A DNA stretch of 64,000 nt from Tubiluchus corallicola (lineage: Eukaryota > Animalia > Priapulida). Both the position numbers and the translations under genes were made by a program. The stretch is from the NCBI GenBank assembly GCA_030141605.1, contig JAQGDQ010000767.1, forward strand, positions 1-64,000, in the 5' to 3' direction. Position 1 is the first letter of the stretch, and every line of letters begins with the position of its first letter. Below the pieces are notes generated by a model that saw nothing but the letters and a program-made list of their open reading frames with translations, made no database searches and was not told the DNA's origin. Of this stretch, positions 1-12,091 are shown piece by piece.

Positions 1-48
<48 letters not shown>

Positions 49-217
49 ACTACTGCTACTACTACTGCTACTACTACTACCACTACTACTACTGCTGCTG
101 CTACTACTGCTACTACTACTACTACTACTGCTACTACTACTACCACTACTACTACTGCTACTACTAGTACCACTACCACTACTACTACTACTACTACTAC
201 CACTACTACTACTACTA
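1..217. repeat. (GCT)n/(ACT)n trinucleotide microsatellite
   Basis: Direct reading: GCT run grading into ACT/ACC repeats. Confidence 0.95.
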
Positions 218-712
218 CCCACTCAAACTGTAATTGTGACATATGATGTGGGCAAGCCTCAGCGAGCTAAATAACGAATAAATATATTTAAATAACAAAT
301 AAATGTAAATAAATAACTTATTTATACTTTAGGATGGTATGGACTGGGTATGCAAATCACTTAAGAAGAAATGAGAAGAGTCTTACATTAAGCAATGCAC
401 AGAATCACCATTCCAAAGGAATTCCATATGTATTCTACTGTATTCTTTGCACATCCGAACTCAAGCAAACGTTATCTGGCACTGTATAGGTTTTACCACT
501 AGTTCCGTTAGTACCATTTATTTCTGTTAAATGTCTTTTGTGCCCGTATGAGAACAGGGTCGTCTTACATCGTTTTAGGCCCCCCTGGGCCCTACCCCCC
601 CCCCCCCCCACTCACAGGAATAAAATGTAAAAGGTTGATAAAATGAAACATGTATTTATTGTATTGGTGCTTGCAACCAGATGAGTGTTTAAACATTAAA
701 AATGATGCTATA

Positions 713-1177
713 CAGTGTTCCCTTGCTACTTCGTGGTTCGTTTATCGCGGTATTTTCGCTGTCTCGCGGGTTTTTGCGGTACTCCGTCTAAAGTATTTTT
801 GCACGTGCGTAGTACGTATTGTACAGTAACGTATAGATTTGATCAATTTTGCATAAAAAATCTCAAAATGTTATAAAAATATGATGAAAACATTAATTCT
901 AACATGAAAAGAATATTACAAATCATGAAAAATGACCATTTACAGTAAATAGTGTATTTATTCGGCGGATGAATACACACCAAAAACGAAATGTAGTACT
1001 TGCGGCCGCTTGAGATGCTACTTGCCGACGTGAGATTGTACGCAACACACGATTGGTTGATTGATGGAAAGCGACCAACCAGGGAACTACTAAAATAAGT
1101 ATAGCCTCCCTACTTTGCGGTTCGTTTATCGCGGGTGGGCCTGGAACGGAACACCCGGGATAAGTGAGGGAACACTG
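713..1177. mobile_element. Tc1/mariner (pogo/Tigger-like) MITE
   Basis: TA|CAGTGTTCCCT ... AGGGAACACTG|TA: terminal inverted repeats with TA target duplication. A second, inverted, truncated copy lies at about 62154-62519. Confidence 0.85.
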
Positions 1178-2080
1178 TACAGCAAAAGTTAATCAATACA
1201 AACGTTTGAATACAACACAACACAACATGAGCCTTGAAAAAACACAAACTTTCAACGTATGAATGATAAACAATACACGTGGAGATTGTCACACAATAAG
1301 AAATACGTAGTAATAGTATCTTTCATTGACAGTAAGTCACAACATACGTAGATTAGTATGGGCCTCTATGCTTGTGGCTCAACTCCGGTCAATTGTCCAG
1401 CTTGCTAATGCATTAAGATGACCCTGTATGAGAACGTATGATCATTTTCCTGTTTATGTAAACATTCCACTGCACGGTACTTTTTAATCGTGATCATCAG
1501 CTTCTAGAAGTAAGCAATTAATCTCCTTTGTCGTGTATTTTGCACTTAGTGCGGAGAAAAAAACAAGCGAAATTTGTTTCGTAAAATATCTCTGTGCATC
1601 ACAATCTGTGGTGGTCGACTTGCCCTAGAAATATTAATCTTTTTGTGCCATTTCTTGTGACTCGGTTGTTCTGGGTGCTTGTGTCAATTTTTCGCGTATT
1701 TTATTTAATTATTAATGAATTTATTTATGTTTGTACGAGAAACGCTGACTGCTACTGTATGAATATGTATAAGTTGTGTTGTTTCCAATCTAGTCATTTT
1801 TATTAAGTAATGTAAGCGTTTCCATTCTGTCTCAAAAATAATGGTGAGTTATCGCTATGGTAACGTACTCTGCTTAAATGGATTTTCTTTTGTGCTCATG
1901 TGCTGTGCCGGCTCGTAGCTAAAATTAGTGAGCGGCACTGCTCAGGTAAATTTTTAGCCATTGTTTTAATACTGTGTAAAACAAAACAAACATATGTAAT
2001 TTTAATGTTGTAATTTTGAACAAACAAAAATTTAGATTGTTTTTACCTACAGTTTAAGATTTGGTCCGGTTTTGCTTTAA

Positions 2081-2494
2081 AGGACAAAAAAATGGCCAAC
2101 CAAAGTATAATCTTAAGCGAATAAAGTACTCACGTTTTCGCATTTACTCCAATTTCTGTAAAATATTTCAACCGCTGCAGTAAACGTTGGCACAGACATG
2201 TTTCATTTAGTCCGCCAATTGAAAAGCCAGCATGTGACTGATCACGTGGCATGACATCACTCGAACACAGTCGCCGTGAGTTCTGAGCACGTGTAGTATA
2301 AAGATTTGTGTTGTGGTTCTGTGACGTCATCTAATATGGCGCCGCCGTGACAGTCTCGCGGGAGAATTTAAAATGAAACAAACAGGAAATTCTTTTAACG
2401 TGAGAATGATAAACGCTTAAGATTGCCTCTAACCGTTATAATTCTTTAGTGAAAATTTTCTGAGACTTGCTTTAACTAGGCCTTTTCTTGTCAT
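2081..2494. mobile_element. Kolobok-like non-autonomous DNA transposon (TTAA TSD)
   Basis: TTAA|AGGACAAAAAAATGGCC ... GGCCTTTTCTTGTCAT|TTAA imperfect TIRs. The termini resemble those of the element at 27199-27811. Confidence 0.6.
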
Positions 2495-3125
2495 TTAAAA
2501 AGGTTTGATTGTATATTGATAGTTTTTCATACTGAAGGAAATTTACTTTAGCTTTACCTTACAGGAAAAAATTTACAATTCCACGCTGTTACTTTACATT
2601 ATTTTTACTTTAAAATTGGCTGGCACGAGATTTCGGCATCATTTTACGCCTAGCTTTGGTTAGGAAAGCTATTGAACTGTTCATTTCTTTTCATTTTTGT
2701 TTATTGTTTTTCACAATTTCTGTGTGATGAATAATTCTGGTAGCATGATGGTGGTGTGATGTGTACTGTTTGTTTTACCAGGTCAAGTTCATGGCTACTA
2801 GTTTTAACACTTAAGCGAGGTATTAGTTCAACACTAATTTTAGCAGATGACAACATCAGTGTGTAAACAGTGGTAATTATATAAATGTTAGTTTAAACAA
2901 TGTAATATGCATGAAGTGCTGACATCTGTTGATACAAAAATGGAGCTTATAAGCTGGTGCATGTTTAACCTATCTATTTACAAGTATTGCTTTTTCAGTG
3001 AGATAAAAACAGCTGTTTGAATTATTTAGGAAGCATTATTAGTCTTGTTTTGAATCTCTGTACTATTGTGATCCCCCGTGCCGTCCATGATTACGTATTG
3101 TATGATAAATATATCACGGTATAAA

Positions 3126-3614
3126 TAATCTTTTTTATTTATCTTGCAACACACGCACAGTTATAATACAATTATAATAATACAATTTGGAAACAAAAAT
3201 GTGAAGAAAGGGCAGAGAAAGACCAATTGGTCATCCAGTCAGCTGCCCTTTGGTTAGTCATGAGCATTTTTATAAGCGCTACAGTGTATTAGTATTAGCA
3301 CTGCTTATAATAAAGATTTAATTGTTACGAATGACATTAAATTGATATGCTTATAACTTGTTAATACAATTCATACACAGGAATAATAAGTTCATAATAA
3401 AAAAAATCAAACAAGAAGTGAAAATAAAAATCTGACAACGGAAACAATGGCAACTGAAATATACTTTATAACAAAAGCATAATTCTTAGACAGTCAAAAA
3501 TAAATTATGATGTAAATAATAGAACTGAGAATCAGGTTTATCTATATATTGGGATACTGAAGTATATTAAATTGGGCATTAATTTTCATGCACAGGTATA
3601 TTTTATACAGAAGT
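3126..3614 (-). mobile_element. 5'-truncated LINE/SINE 3' tail inserted into block D copy 1
   Basis: Absent from the D' copy and flanked by a TATAAA duplication (3120-3125 / 3615-3620). The same tail (aagggcagctgac..gaccaattggtctttc..aaataaa) occurs at about 45800-46032 (+) and partly at about 43400-43525. Confidence 0.7.
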
Positions 3615-4154
3615 TATAAAATATCAACTGTTTACAGTTTTTGCATATTACATTTGCACTCAATAAAACTACTGTAGAATACATTTTACTTGCGACAACA
3701 AATTCGTAACAGATGTTAAAGTTTATACGACAATATTTATTTGAAATTAAATATTTATGCCAGAATTATTATAAAATTCACGACTCATTAGAAATTCCAG
3801 GAGAAAACGAAGGTGATATTCTGTTGCCTAGACAAAACTGCACAGCATCTGTAATAGTCATTCATAATTAATGATATCTGCAGATCAATAAAAGATATAT
3901 GCTTCGTTACTGCAATATACATGATTAGGTTGGGTTTATGGTAAGAGCGAAAGTCGCAGCGAATCTAGATAATTGTTTAACTTCATACATTAAAGTCAGA
4001 AAGTAGAAATATGTTAAATAAAGATACATACAAGATAGCTTACAGAAATGCAAGTTTTTAACAATTGTTTAAGATGATATTAGTTAGAATGTAATACGTG
4101 TAGCAAATCATCAAACAAAAATAAATGTGACATACAATATTCTAATGCACTGTA

Positions 4155-4430
4155 TATTACATTATATTATATTATATTATATATAATATAATATATTATA
4201 TTATATTATATTATATTATATTATATTATATTATATTATATTATATTATATTATATTATATTATATTATATTATATTATATTATATTATATTATATTATA
4301 TTATATTATATTATATTACATTACATTACATTACATTACATTACATTACATTATATTATACTATATTATAGTATAATTTAGTCTATTACAATATGTTATA
4401 TTATATTATATTATACAATATTATATTGTA
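4155..4430. repeat. (ATATT)n/(ACATT)n pentanucleotide microsatellite
   Basis: Direct reading. Only a short remnant is present in the D' copy (about 55425-55455). Confidence 0.95.
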
Positions 4431-4936
4431 TGGCATATGCAGCTAACTCCATAAATTCTCTAAGCTAAAAGTAGTATTTTAAAAGTAATATCAGTTATTA
4501 TTATTATGCTACATGGTGGCCCACAAAAAATGACAAATTTTCACTTAACACAAATGAACAATTGGCAAATACTAAACACGTTTTTAGTGTAAGCTGTGGA
4601 ATTATTTTAGTTACACGATTTCGTTCTGAAATGTACAGTTTTAGTTCCGTGTTTCGACCTTGACACAATGGCACAATTGTACCAACACTTTTAATTTGAT
4701 TTGCCTTTAAGTATTAACAATAAACATTCTATATATTCCTGGCAAAATCAGAAGAAATCACATTCAAAAATTTTGGAAATATTTCATAACAAACACCATT
4801 TATAACTGATTTCATAACAAGTGCCAATCATAGCTGATTTCACAAGAAACACCAAATCTACTTTACACACAAAATGGTTATTATGATAAAAACTGCTTAA
4901 CACAAGAAAACAACAGTACAGCCTGAAAAAGAATGC

Positions 4937-5557
4937 TTCATATCATTTTTAATGGGCCACCTTGTACAATCTCTAATACTCTGACTAACAATACAACCTT
5001 CATATCATTTTTAATGGGTCACCCAGTATGATCTCTAATACTCTGACTAATAATACAACCTTCATATCATTTTTAATGGGCCACCCAGTATGATCTCTAA
5101 TACTCTGACTAACAATACAACCTTCATATCATTTTTATTGGGCCACCCAGTATAATCTCTAATACTTTGACTAACAATACAACCTTCACATCATTTTTAA
5201 TGGGCCACCCAGTATGATCTCTAATACTCTGACTAACAATACAACCTTCATATCATTTTTAATGGGCCACCCAGTATGATCTCTAATACTTTGACTAACA
5301 ATACAACCTTTACATCATTTTTAATGGGCCACCCAGTATAATCTCTAATACTTTGACTAACAATACAACCTTCATATCATTTTTATTGGGCCACCCAGTA
5401 TAATCTCTAATACTTTGACTAACAATACAACCTTCACATCATTTTTAATGAGCCACCCAGTATGATCTCTAATACTCTGACTAACAATACAACCTTCACA
5501 TCATTTTTAATGGGCCACCCAGTATGATCTCTAATACTCTGACTAATAATACAACCT
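4937..5557. repeat. 62-bp minisatellite, about 10 copies
   Basis: Unit aaccttcatatcatttttaatgggccacccagtatgatctctaatactctgactaacaatac recurs at 4995, 5057, 5119, 5181 and onward. Confidence 0.95.
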
Positions 5558-6276
5558 ATACTACATGCATGTATAAAACAGTTGATATTACAACATCTGA
5601 ATCTAATTACAGTATACAAACAAACAAATAAACAACCCATGATAAACACTAGATAAAAGATATAATCTCTGTAAAAGTTAGAAATGTAAAATACTAAAAA
5701 AATATAGCTGCATAAAATCAGACTTGGATTAAAGGAAACACATTCTAATTCATGTGATTTTGTTTACTGTTTTGATAAGTTTAGTAAATTTGTGATTTCT
5801 GTACAAATAAAAGTTGGTAAAAAAGAAGATTTTTTAAAAGCGAATGCGATAAGAACACTGTGATGGTGTTACGGGTAAGAGTGTGAAACGACAAGCTGAA
5901 ATGCTAATGCTAAAGGCACATTCACACCAACTAAAAATGTATGCAATGAATTAAAATCGACTACTGAATGTTTCGCTTACATCTAAGTACAAGTGTGTTC
6001 GAAAATAACCGTCGCCTCCCACCGAGCAACTAAACTTCTATTTAAAAATAACCATCACCTCCCCCACTAACCTTAGAAATTTCACCACTCATCAGAATGT
6101 TTCAAAAATCCAAACATCAAAACGAGCAGATGGATGTAGAACTCCAGCACATCCCGCTAGCTAGCAAGAAATGCATTTGAGATGACGAATAAACGTGCAA
6201 TGCTGTTAGCAAATGGTCCATTTCATTAACATAATGTACATTATTTTGTTGTATTTTTGTTGCTGAACAGGAACAC

Positions 6277-7930
6277 TATAAAGGACCACCAACACCGATC
6301 CCGAGTTTTCGTAATGTTTTCCTAAGTAAAAATCTTCGTATAATAAGGTACTCGGATATAAAGGACTTTTGGTTAGAAGGGACGATATCTTCAGGTCCTG
6401 CAGAAGAGAAACCCAGGTAAATTACCTCGCATAAGGACCCCCTATGATCAAAGAGAGATTGATCGATTTTTAACCTCAATTTTTCGCAAACACGTCCTTC
6501 GAACAGCTCGGTTTCCACGGTCACGTACATCTCGCATCACTGAAGGAGCTTCCTACGTACCGTTTGCAATAAATGTGTAGCAATAATCCATAAAAATATG
6601 GATAAAAGTACAGAAAAGTACAGGTCTAGATACACCCTCGGTCTGACTCAACTTCAGCTGTAAAGGACATTGGATATAAGGGACGGTTTTGCTTGTCTAG
6701 AGGTGTCCCTTGTATCCGAGTTAACTTCTGCCGAGCGATTGCTGAATTTGAACCAATCATTTTTCAGAATTTGGTACAAATGTTGCCTACCCACCGAAAT
6801 ATTATATCGGTTTTTTCCGGTCCCGAGGTGTCCTTTATATCCGAAGTTGAGCTATAAGGGACGGTTTTTTCCGGTCCCGAGGTGTCCCTTATATCCGAGG
6901 TTGAGCTATAAGGGACGGTTTTTTCCGGTCCGGAGGTGTCCCTTATATCCGAGGTTGAGCTATAAGGGACGGTTTTTTCCGGTCCCGAGGTGTCCCTTAT
7001 ATCCGAGGTTGAGCTATAAGAGACGGTTTTTTCCGGTCCCGAGGTGTCCTTTATATCCGAGGTTGAGCTATAAGGGACGGTTTTTTCCGGTCCCGAGGTG
7101 TCCTTTATATCCGAGGTGTAGCTATAAGGGACAGTTTTTTCCCGTCCCGAGGTGTCCTTTATATCCGAGGTTGAGCTATAAGGGACGGTTTATTCCGGTC
7201 CGGAGGTGTCCTTTATATCCGAAGTTGAGCTATAAGGGACAGTTTTTTCTGGTCCCGAGGTGTCCTTTATATCCGAGGTTGAGCTATAAGGGACGGTTTT
7301 TTCCGGTCCGGAGGTGTCCTTTATATCCGAAGTTGAGCTATAAGGGACGGTTTTTTCCGGTCCCGAGGTGTCCTTTATATCCGAGGTTGAGCTATAAGGG
7401 ACGGTTTTTCCGGTCCCGAGGTGTCATTTATATCCAAGGTTGAGCTATGAGGGACGGTTTTTTCTGGGCCCGAGTTGTCCTTTATATCCGAGGTTGAGCT
7501 ATAAGGGACGGTTTTTTCCCGTCCCGAGGTGTCCCTTATATCCGAGGTTGAGCTATAAGGGACGGTTTTTTCCGGTCCCGAGGTGTCCCTTATATCCGAG
7601 GTTGAGCTATAAGGGACGGTTTTTTCCGGTCCCGAGGTGTCCTTTATATCCGAGGTTGAGCTATAAGGGATGGTTTTTTCTGGTCCCGAGGTGTCATTTA
7701 TATCCAAGGTTGAGCTATAAGGGACGGTTTTTTCCGGTCCCGAGGTGTCCTTTATATCCGAGGTTGAGCTATAAGGGACGGTTTTTTCCAGTCCCAAGGT
7801 GTCCTTTATATCCAAGGTTGAGCTATAAGGGACGGTTTTTTCTGGTCCCGAGGTGTCTTTATATCCGAGGTTGAGCTATAAGGGACGGTTTTTTCCGGTC
7901 CCGAGGTGTCCTTTATATCCGAGGTTGACT
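6277..7930. mobile_element. Tc1/mariner-type non-autonomous element with tandemly amplified right end and no intact left TIR
   Basis: Ends in ...ccgaggttgactg|TA. The motif ctcggatataaaggac at 6351 and tataaaggac at 6277 are inverted copies of the right-end motif. Confidence 0.6.
6807..7927. repeat. 54-bp tandem repeat, about 21 copies
   Basis: Unit ggacggttttttccggtcccgaggtgtcc(c/t)ttatatccgaggttgagctataag, with gctataag at 6851, 6905, 6959 and onward. Confidence 0.97.
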
Positions 7931-8188
7931 GTATTTTACTTTTGGAAAATTATTCGAATTGAAAAACTCTTCTCCTGAAGCCCTAAGCATGTGCTTATTT
8001 TGCTTAAAGGTTAATTCAGGGCTGGTTTTGGTAAACAAATTCTCTGTTATGAAAACTATAGTAGAGATCACGTGATCAGTTTAAATATCTTCACAAAAAA
8101 CTTATCAATGGCTTCCTTCTTTATATCTTTTACTTGCTACTTACAGTTACTTTTTAGTGATTACCTAATTGTTTAATTAACTATTTAA

Positions 8189-10531
8189 TTAGTTATTTAA
8201 CGGATTATTTCTCCATCCGCTGGCTTCAACCTGCCATTGCTGTTGAGGCACCGCAGAGCATTCTGCCATCAGGAGGTTCCTCCGATCTGGCTTCACTTCC
8301 AGACACTTGTTAGTTTCTGGGTGGTACAGCGCAAGAGTCTGAAAGAATAAAATGGTAAATTAACTGCAAACAGGTAAGAAGGTCATGACCTAAGAGGATT
8401 GAGAAGCTGCAAACAGGTATGAAGGTCATGACCTAAGAGGATTGAGAAGCTGCAAACAGGTATGAAGGTCATGACCTAAGAGGATTGAGAAACTGCAAAC
8501 AGTTACGAAGGTCACGACCTACGAGGATTGAGAAGCTGCAAACAGGTGTGAAGGTCACGACCTAAGAGGATTGAGAAGCTGCAAACAGGTACGAAGGTCA
8601 TGACCTAAGAAGACTGAGAAGCTGCAAACAGGTACGAAGGTCATGACCTAAGAGGATTGAGAAGCTGCAAACAGGTACGAAGGCCATGACCTAAGTGGAT
8701 TGAGAAGCTGCAAACAGGTACGAAGGTCATGACCCAAGAGGATTGAGAAGCTGCAAACAGGTACGAAGGTCATGACCCAAGAGGACTGAGAAGCTGCAAA
8801 CAGGTACGAAGGTCATGACCTAAGAGGACTGAGAAGCTGCAAACAGGTACGAAGGCCATGACCTAAGTGGATTGAGAAGCTGCAAACAGGTACGAAGGCC
8901 ATGACCTAAGTGGATTGAGAAGCTGCAAACAGGTACGAAGGTCATGACCTAAGAGGACTGAGAAGCTGCAAACAGGTACGAAGGTCATGACCTACGAGGA
9001 TTGAGAAGCTGCAAACAGGTACGAAGGTCATGACCTAAGAGGATTGAGAAGCTGTAAACAGGTACCAAGGTCATGACCTAAGAGGACTGAGAAGCTGCAA
9101 ACAGGTACGAAGGTCATGACCTAAGAGAATTGAGAAGCTGCAAACAGGTACGAAGGTCATGAGCTAAGAGGATTGAGAAGCTGCAAACAGGTAGGAAGGT
9201 CATGAGCTAAGAGGATTGAGAAGCTGCAAACAGGTACGAAGATCATGACCTAAGAGGATTGAGAAGCTGCAAACAGATACGAAGGTCATGAGCTAAGAGG
9301 ATTGAGAAGCTGCAAACAGGTATGAAGGTTATGAGCTAAGAGGATTGAGAAGCTGCAAACAGGTATGAAGGTCATGACCTAAGAGGATTGAGAAGCTGCA
9401 AACAGGTACGAAGGTCATGACCTAAGAGGATTGAGAAGCTGCAAACAGGTACGAAGGTCATGACCTAAGAGGATTGAGAAGCTGCAAACAGGTACGAAGG
9501 TCATGACCTAAGAGGATTGAGAAGCTGCAAACAGGTACGAAGGTCATGACCTAAGAGGATTGAGAAGCTGCAAACAGGTACGAAGGTCATGACCTAAGAG
9601 GATTGAGAAGCTGCAAACAGGTACGAAGGTCATGACCTAAGAGGATTGAGAAGCTGCAAACAGGTATGAAGGTCATGACCTAAGAGGATTGAGAAGCTGC
9701 AAACAGGTACGAAGGTCATGACCTAAGAGGATTGAGAAGCTGCAAACAGGTACGAGGTCATGACCTAAGAGGATTGAGAAGCTGCAAACAGGTATGAAGG
9801 TCATGACCTAAGAGGATTGAGAAGCTGCAAACGGTACGAGTATGTAAAGGACTGAGAAACAGCAAACAGGTACGAAAGCCAAAATCAGTGTAGCAAACAG
9901 AACCGCCTAGAGCAAATATCTAATGTGGCGATCATCCATTCCTTCACTAATCAGGCTTGGTGTTGCTTAACTTCAGGTATTAAATGTCTCAGATACATTT
10001 GTACAAATCCTCCCAAGAAACCAAAATCAGTGTAGCAAACAGAACCGCCTAGATCATCCATTCTTTCACTAATCAGGCCTGGTGTTGCTTAACTTCAGGT
10101 ATTAAATAAATACCATATCTACTCGCATCTTTTGAGCTACTCGGGCTACAATGTAAATCTTGTTGAGTCAAACTTACCAATTTGTTGTAAATCCAGTACT
10201 GATTGTGGCCAAGACCATGACATTGATTCATCATAATGTGTTCCGGTCCTGCGTCCATGCACGACTCCTCCCTGCGCAATTCACCGTCTCTTGTAAGATG
10301 CCAAAGCTGCAAGGAAAGGCAAACTGAGGTCATCTTCTACTGACAAATTACATACATCAGTAGAAATAGCGTTCACACTGTTCAAATAAACTAAAGGCTG
10401 GTGCACAATTCACATTTGTAGTCAATGACAAAACAACCGGTAATTGAATTCTGTCAAGAGATTGAGCGTCCAAAACTCATTCATTTTGCTGCCAAGTTTT
10501 ATTTTTTCCAGCTGTCTCTCCCTCCTTCCTC

Positions 10532-10589
<58 letters not shown>

Positions 10590-12026
10590 TCTCATTTTTT
10601 AATACAAACAAGAATCAAAAATAGTTCGCTATATCCAAAATTCATTATAACGAACTCTTGTGTCGAAAACTTGTTAAAATGGAATTTTTATTACGTAACA
10701 CTAAATGACTGTTATTAGGAGTAGCAATTTTATCAGTAACGCCAATCATGTGAACATCTTACCTGATTGCCACGTTGATTATGACAAGGCCACAATCTCA
10801 TGGCTTTTCCATGATAAGCCTGGGAATCAGAGCTGTCTAAACAGGCATCTGAACTTCCATCATTAATGTGATTTCTCAGCTGTAAAATTAATTAACTTTT
10901 TATAAAAACCATTCAGCTTTTTAATACGAGTAATCAACTTGACAACTACCAATTTCACAGGTAAAAAGGTAAAAAAGTCACAGGTTTAAAAGTCACAGGA
11001 AAAAAGTGACAGGTAAGAATGTCACAGGTAAAAAAGTCACAAGAAAAAAGTTACAGTCAAAAAGTCACAGGTAAAAAATTACAAGTTAGAAAGTCACAGG
11101 TAAAAAGTTACAGGTAAAAATGTCACAGAAAGAAAACACAGGTAAAAAGAAAACTACAGCAAGATGGGAAAAATAATAGGCTCCATTTTTTCTAAAATTT
11201 GATATGAAAGTAATTTAAGCACAGGCGTAAAGGCATTTTTTAATCACTTGTACAATACAAATTGTTTAGTTGGTAAATTAAAACATGCAATGGCTACTAT
11301 ACATTATAAACAACTTCTGAAAATTACAAAAGTTTGAATAGTATGTAAGAAATGGTTATTAAATTAAAATAGTTACACAAAAAGCTGTGGCCCTTTTCAG
11401 CTTTCATAGCAAAAACAGCTTCCTGTTCCGGTTGGCAAAATAAAGATGTTGTTTCTACTTATTTGGATCATATCTGGAGTTAAATCATTTTAAATACGAA
11501 AGACCTTGAATTTTAAAAAGCAACTCAACCGGAACTTACCCAACCGGAATACACAGATTTTCCAGGATGGAATTTTTCTGGCCACACGTTATTCATAAAC
11601 CAGTCAAAGTTCTTACATTGCAAACGTTTGCGTATGGCTAATCGTGATGAAATATCACCATAGTTTATCTCTTTCACCTAAAAACAGTTTTAAGTGAATT
11701 TCATCTGCAACAGTGGAAAAAAGTCCGTCTGTTTTAAGTAGAAAATGCACAACGCATAATTATGCAGTCAAACCTTGCTATACCCCCTCCCTCCCCTCCC
11801 CCTCCACCTTCGTAATGCCAACCTCGCTTAGTGCCCAAATTTTCAGCAAAACAAACTGTCTACATAAATATTTTATTGACGATATACACAATCAATACAA
11901 TTAAAATTACAATTACAATTACAAAACATTACATAAGTGAAGCAATATGTTATAATGAAAAAAAAACTACACAGACAAAACTCTGCACATGGGTATAATC
12001 TTCAACACAATATACAATAAAACGTA

Positions 12027-12091
<65 letters not shown>

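Larger units (their letters stand above)
2556..6272 (+). repeat. Segmental duplication block D, copy 1 (inverted copy at about 53862-56530)
   Basis: Reverse complement aligns by eye over the whole length with 53862-56530 (e.g. gttcagcaacaaaaatacaacaaaataatgtacattatg), apart from indels and repeat copy number. Confidence 0.93.

Noticed and set aside
1480-2070. Possible 5' exon of another gene (donor-like GTGAGT at about 1844 and CAG|GTAAAT at about 1945)
   Set aside because: No coding signal or downstream exons are identifiable. It cannot be supported without transcript data.
6670-7874. 257-, 146- and 144-aa ORFs with (FFPVPRCPLYPRLSYKGR)n
   Set aside because: Translation of a 54-bp (multiple of 3) transposon-derived tandem repeat. 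No splice or domain support.
8364-9876. CRISPR-like appearance of regular 43-bp repeats (also the 54-, 62- and 30-bp arrays)
   Set aside because: The units are head-to-tail with no unique spacers, there are no cas genes, and the context is eukaryotic intron.
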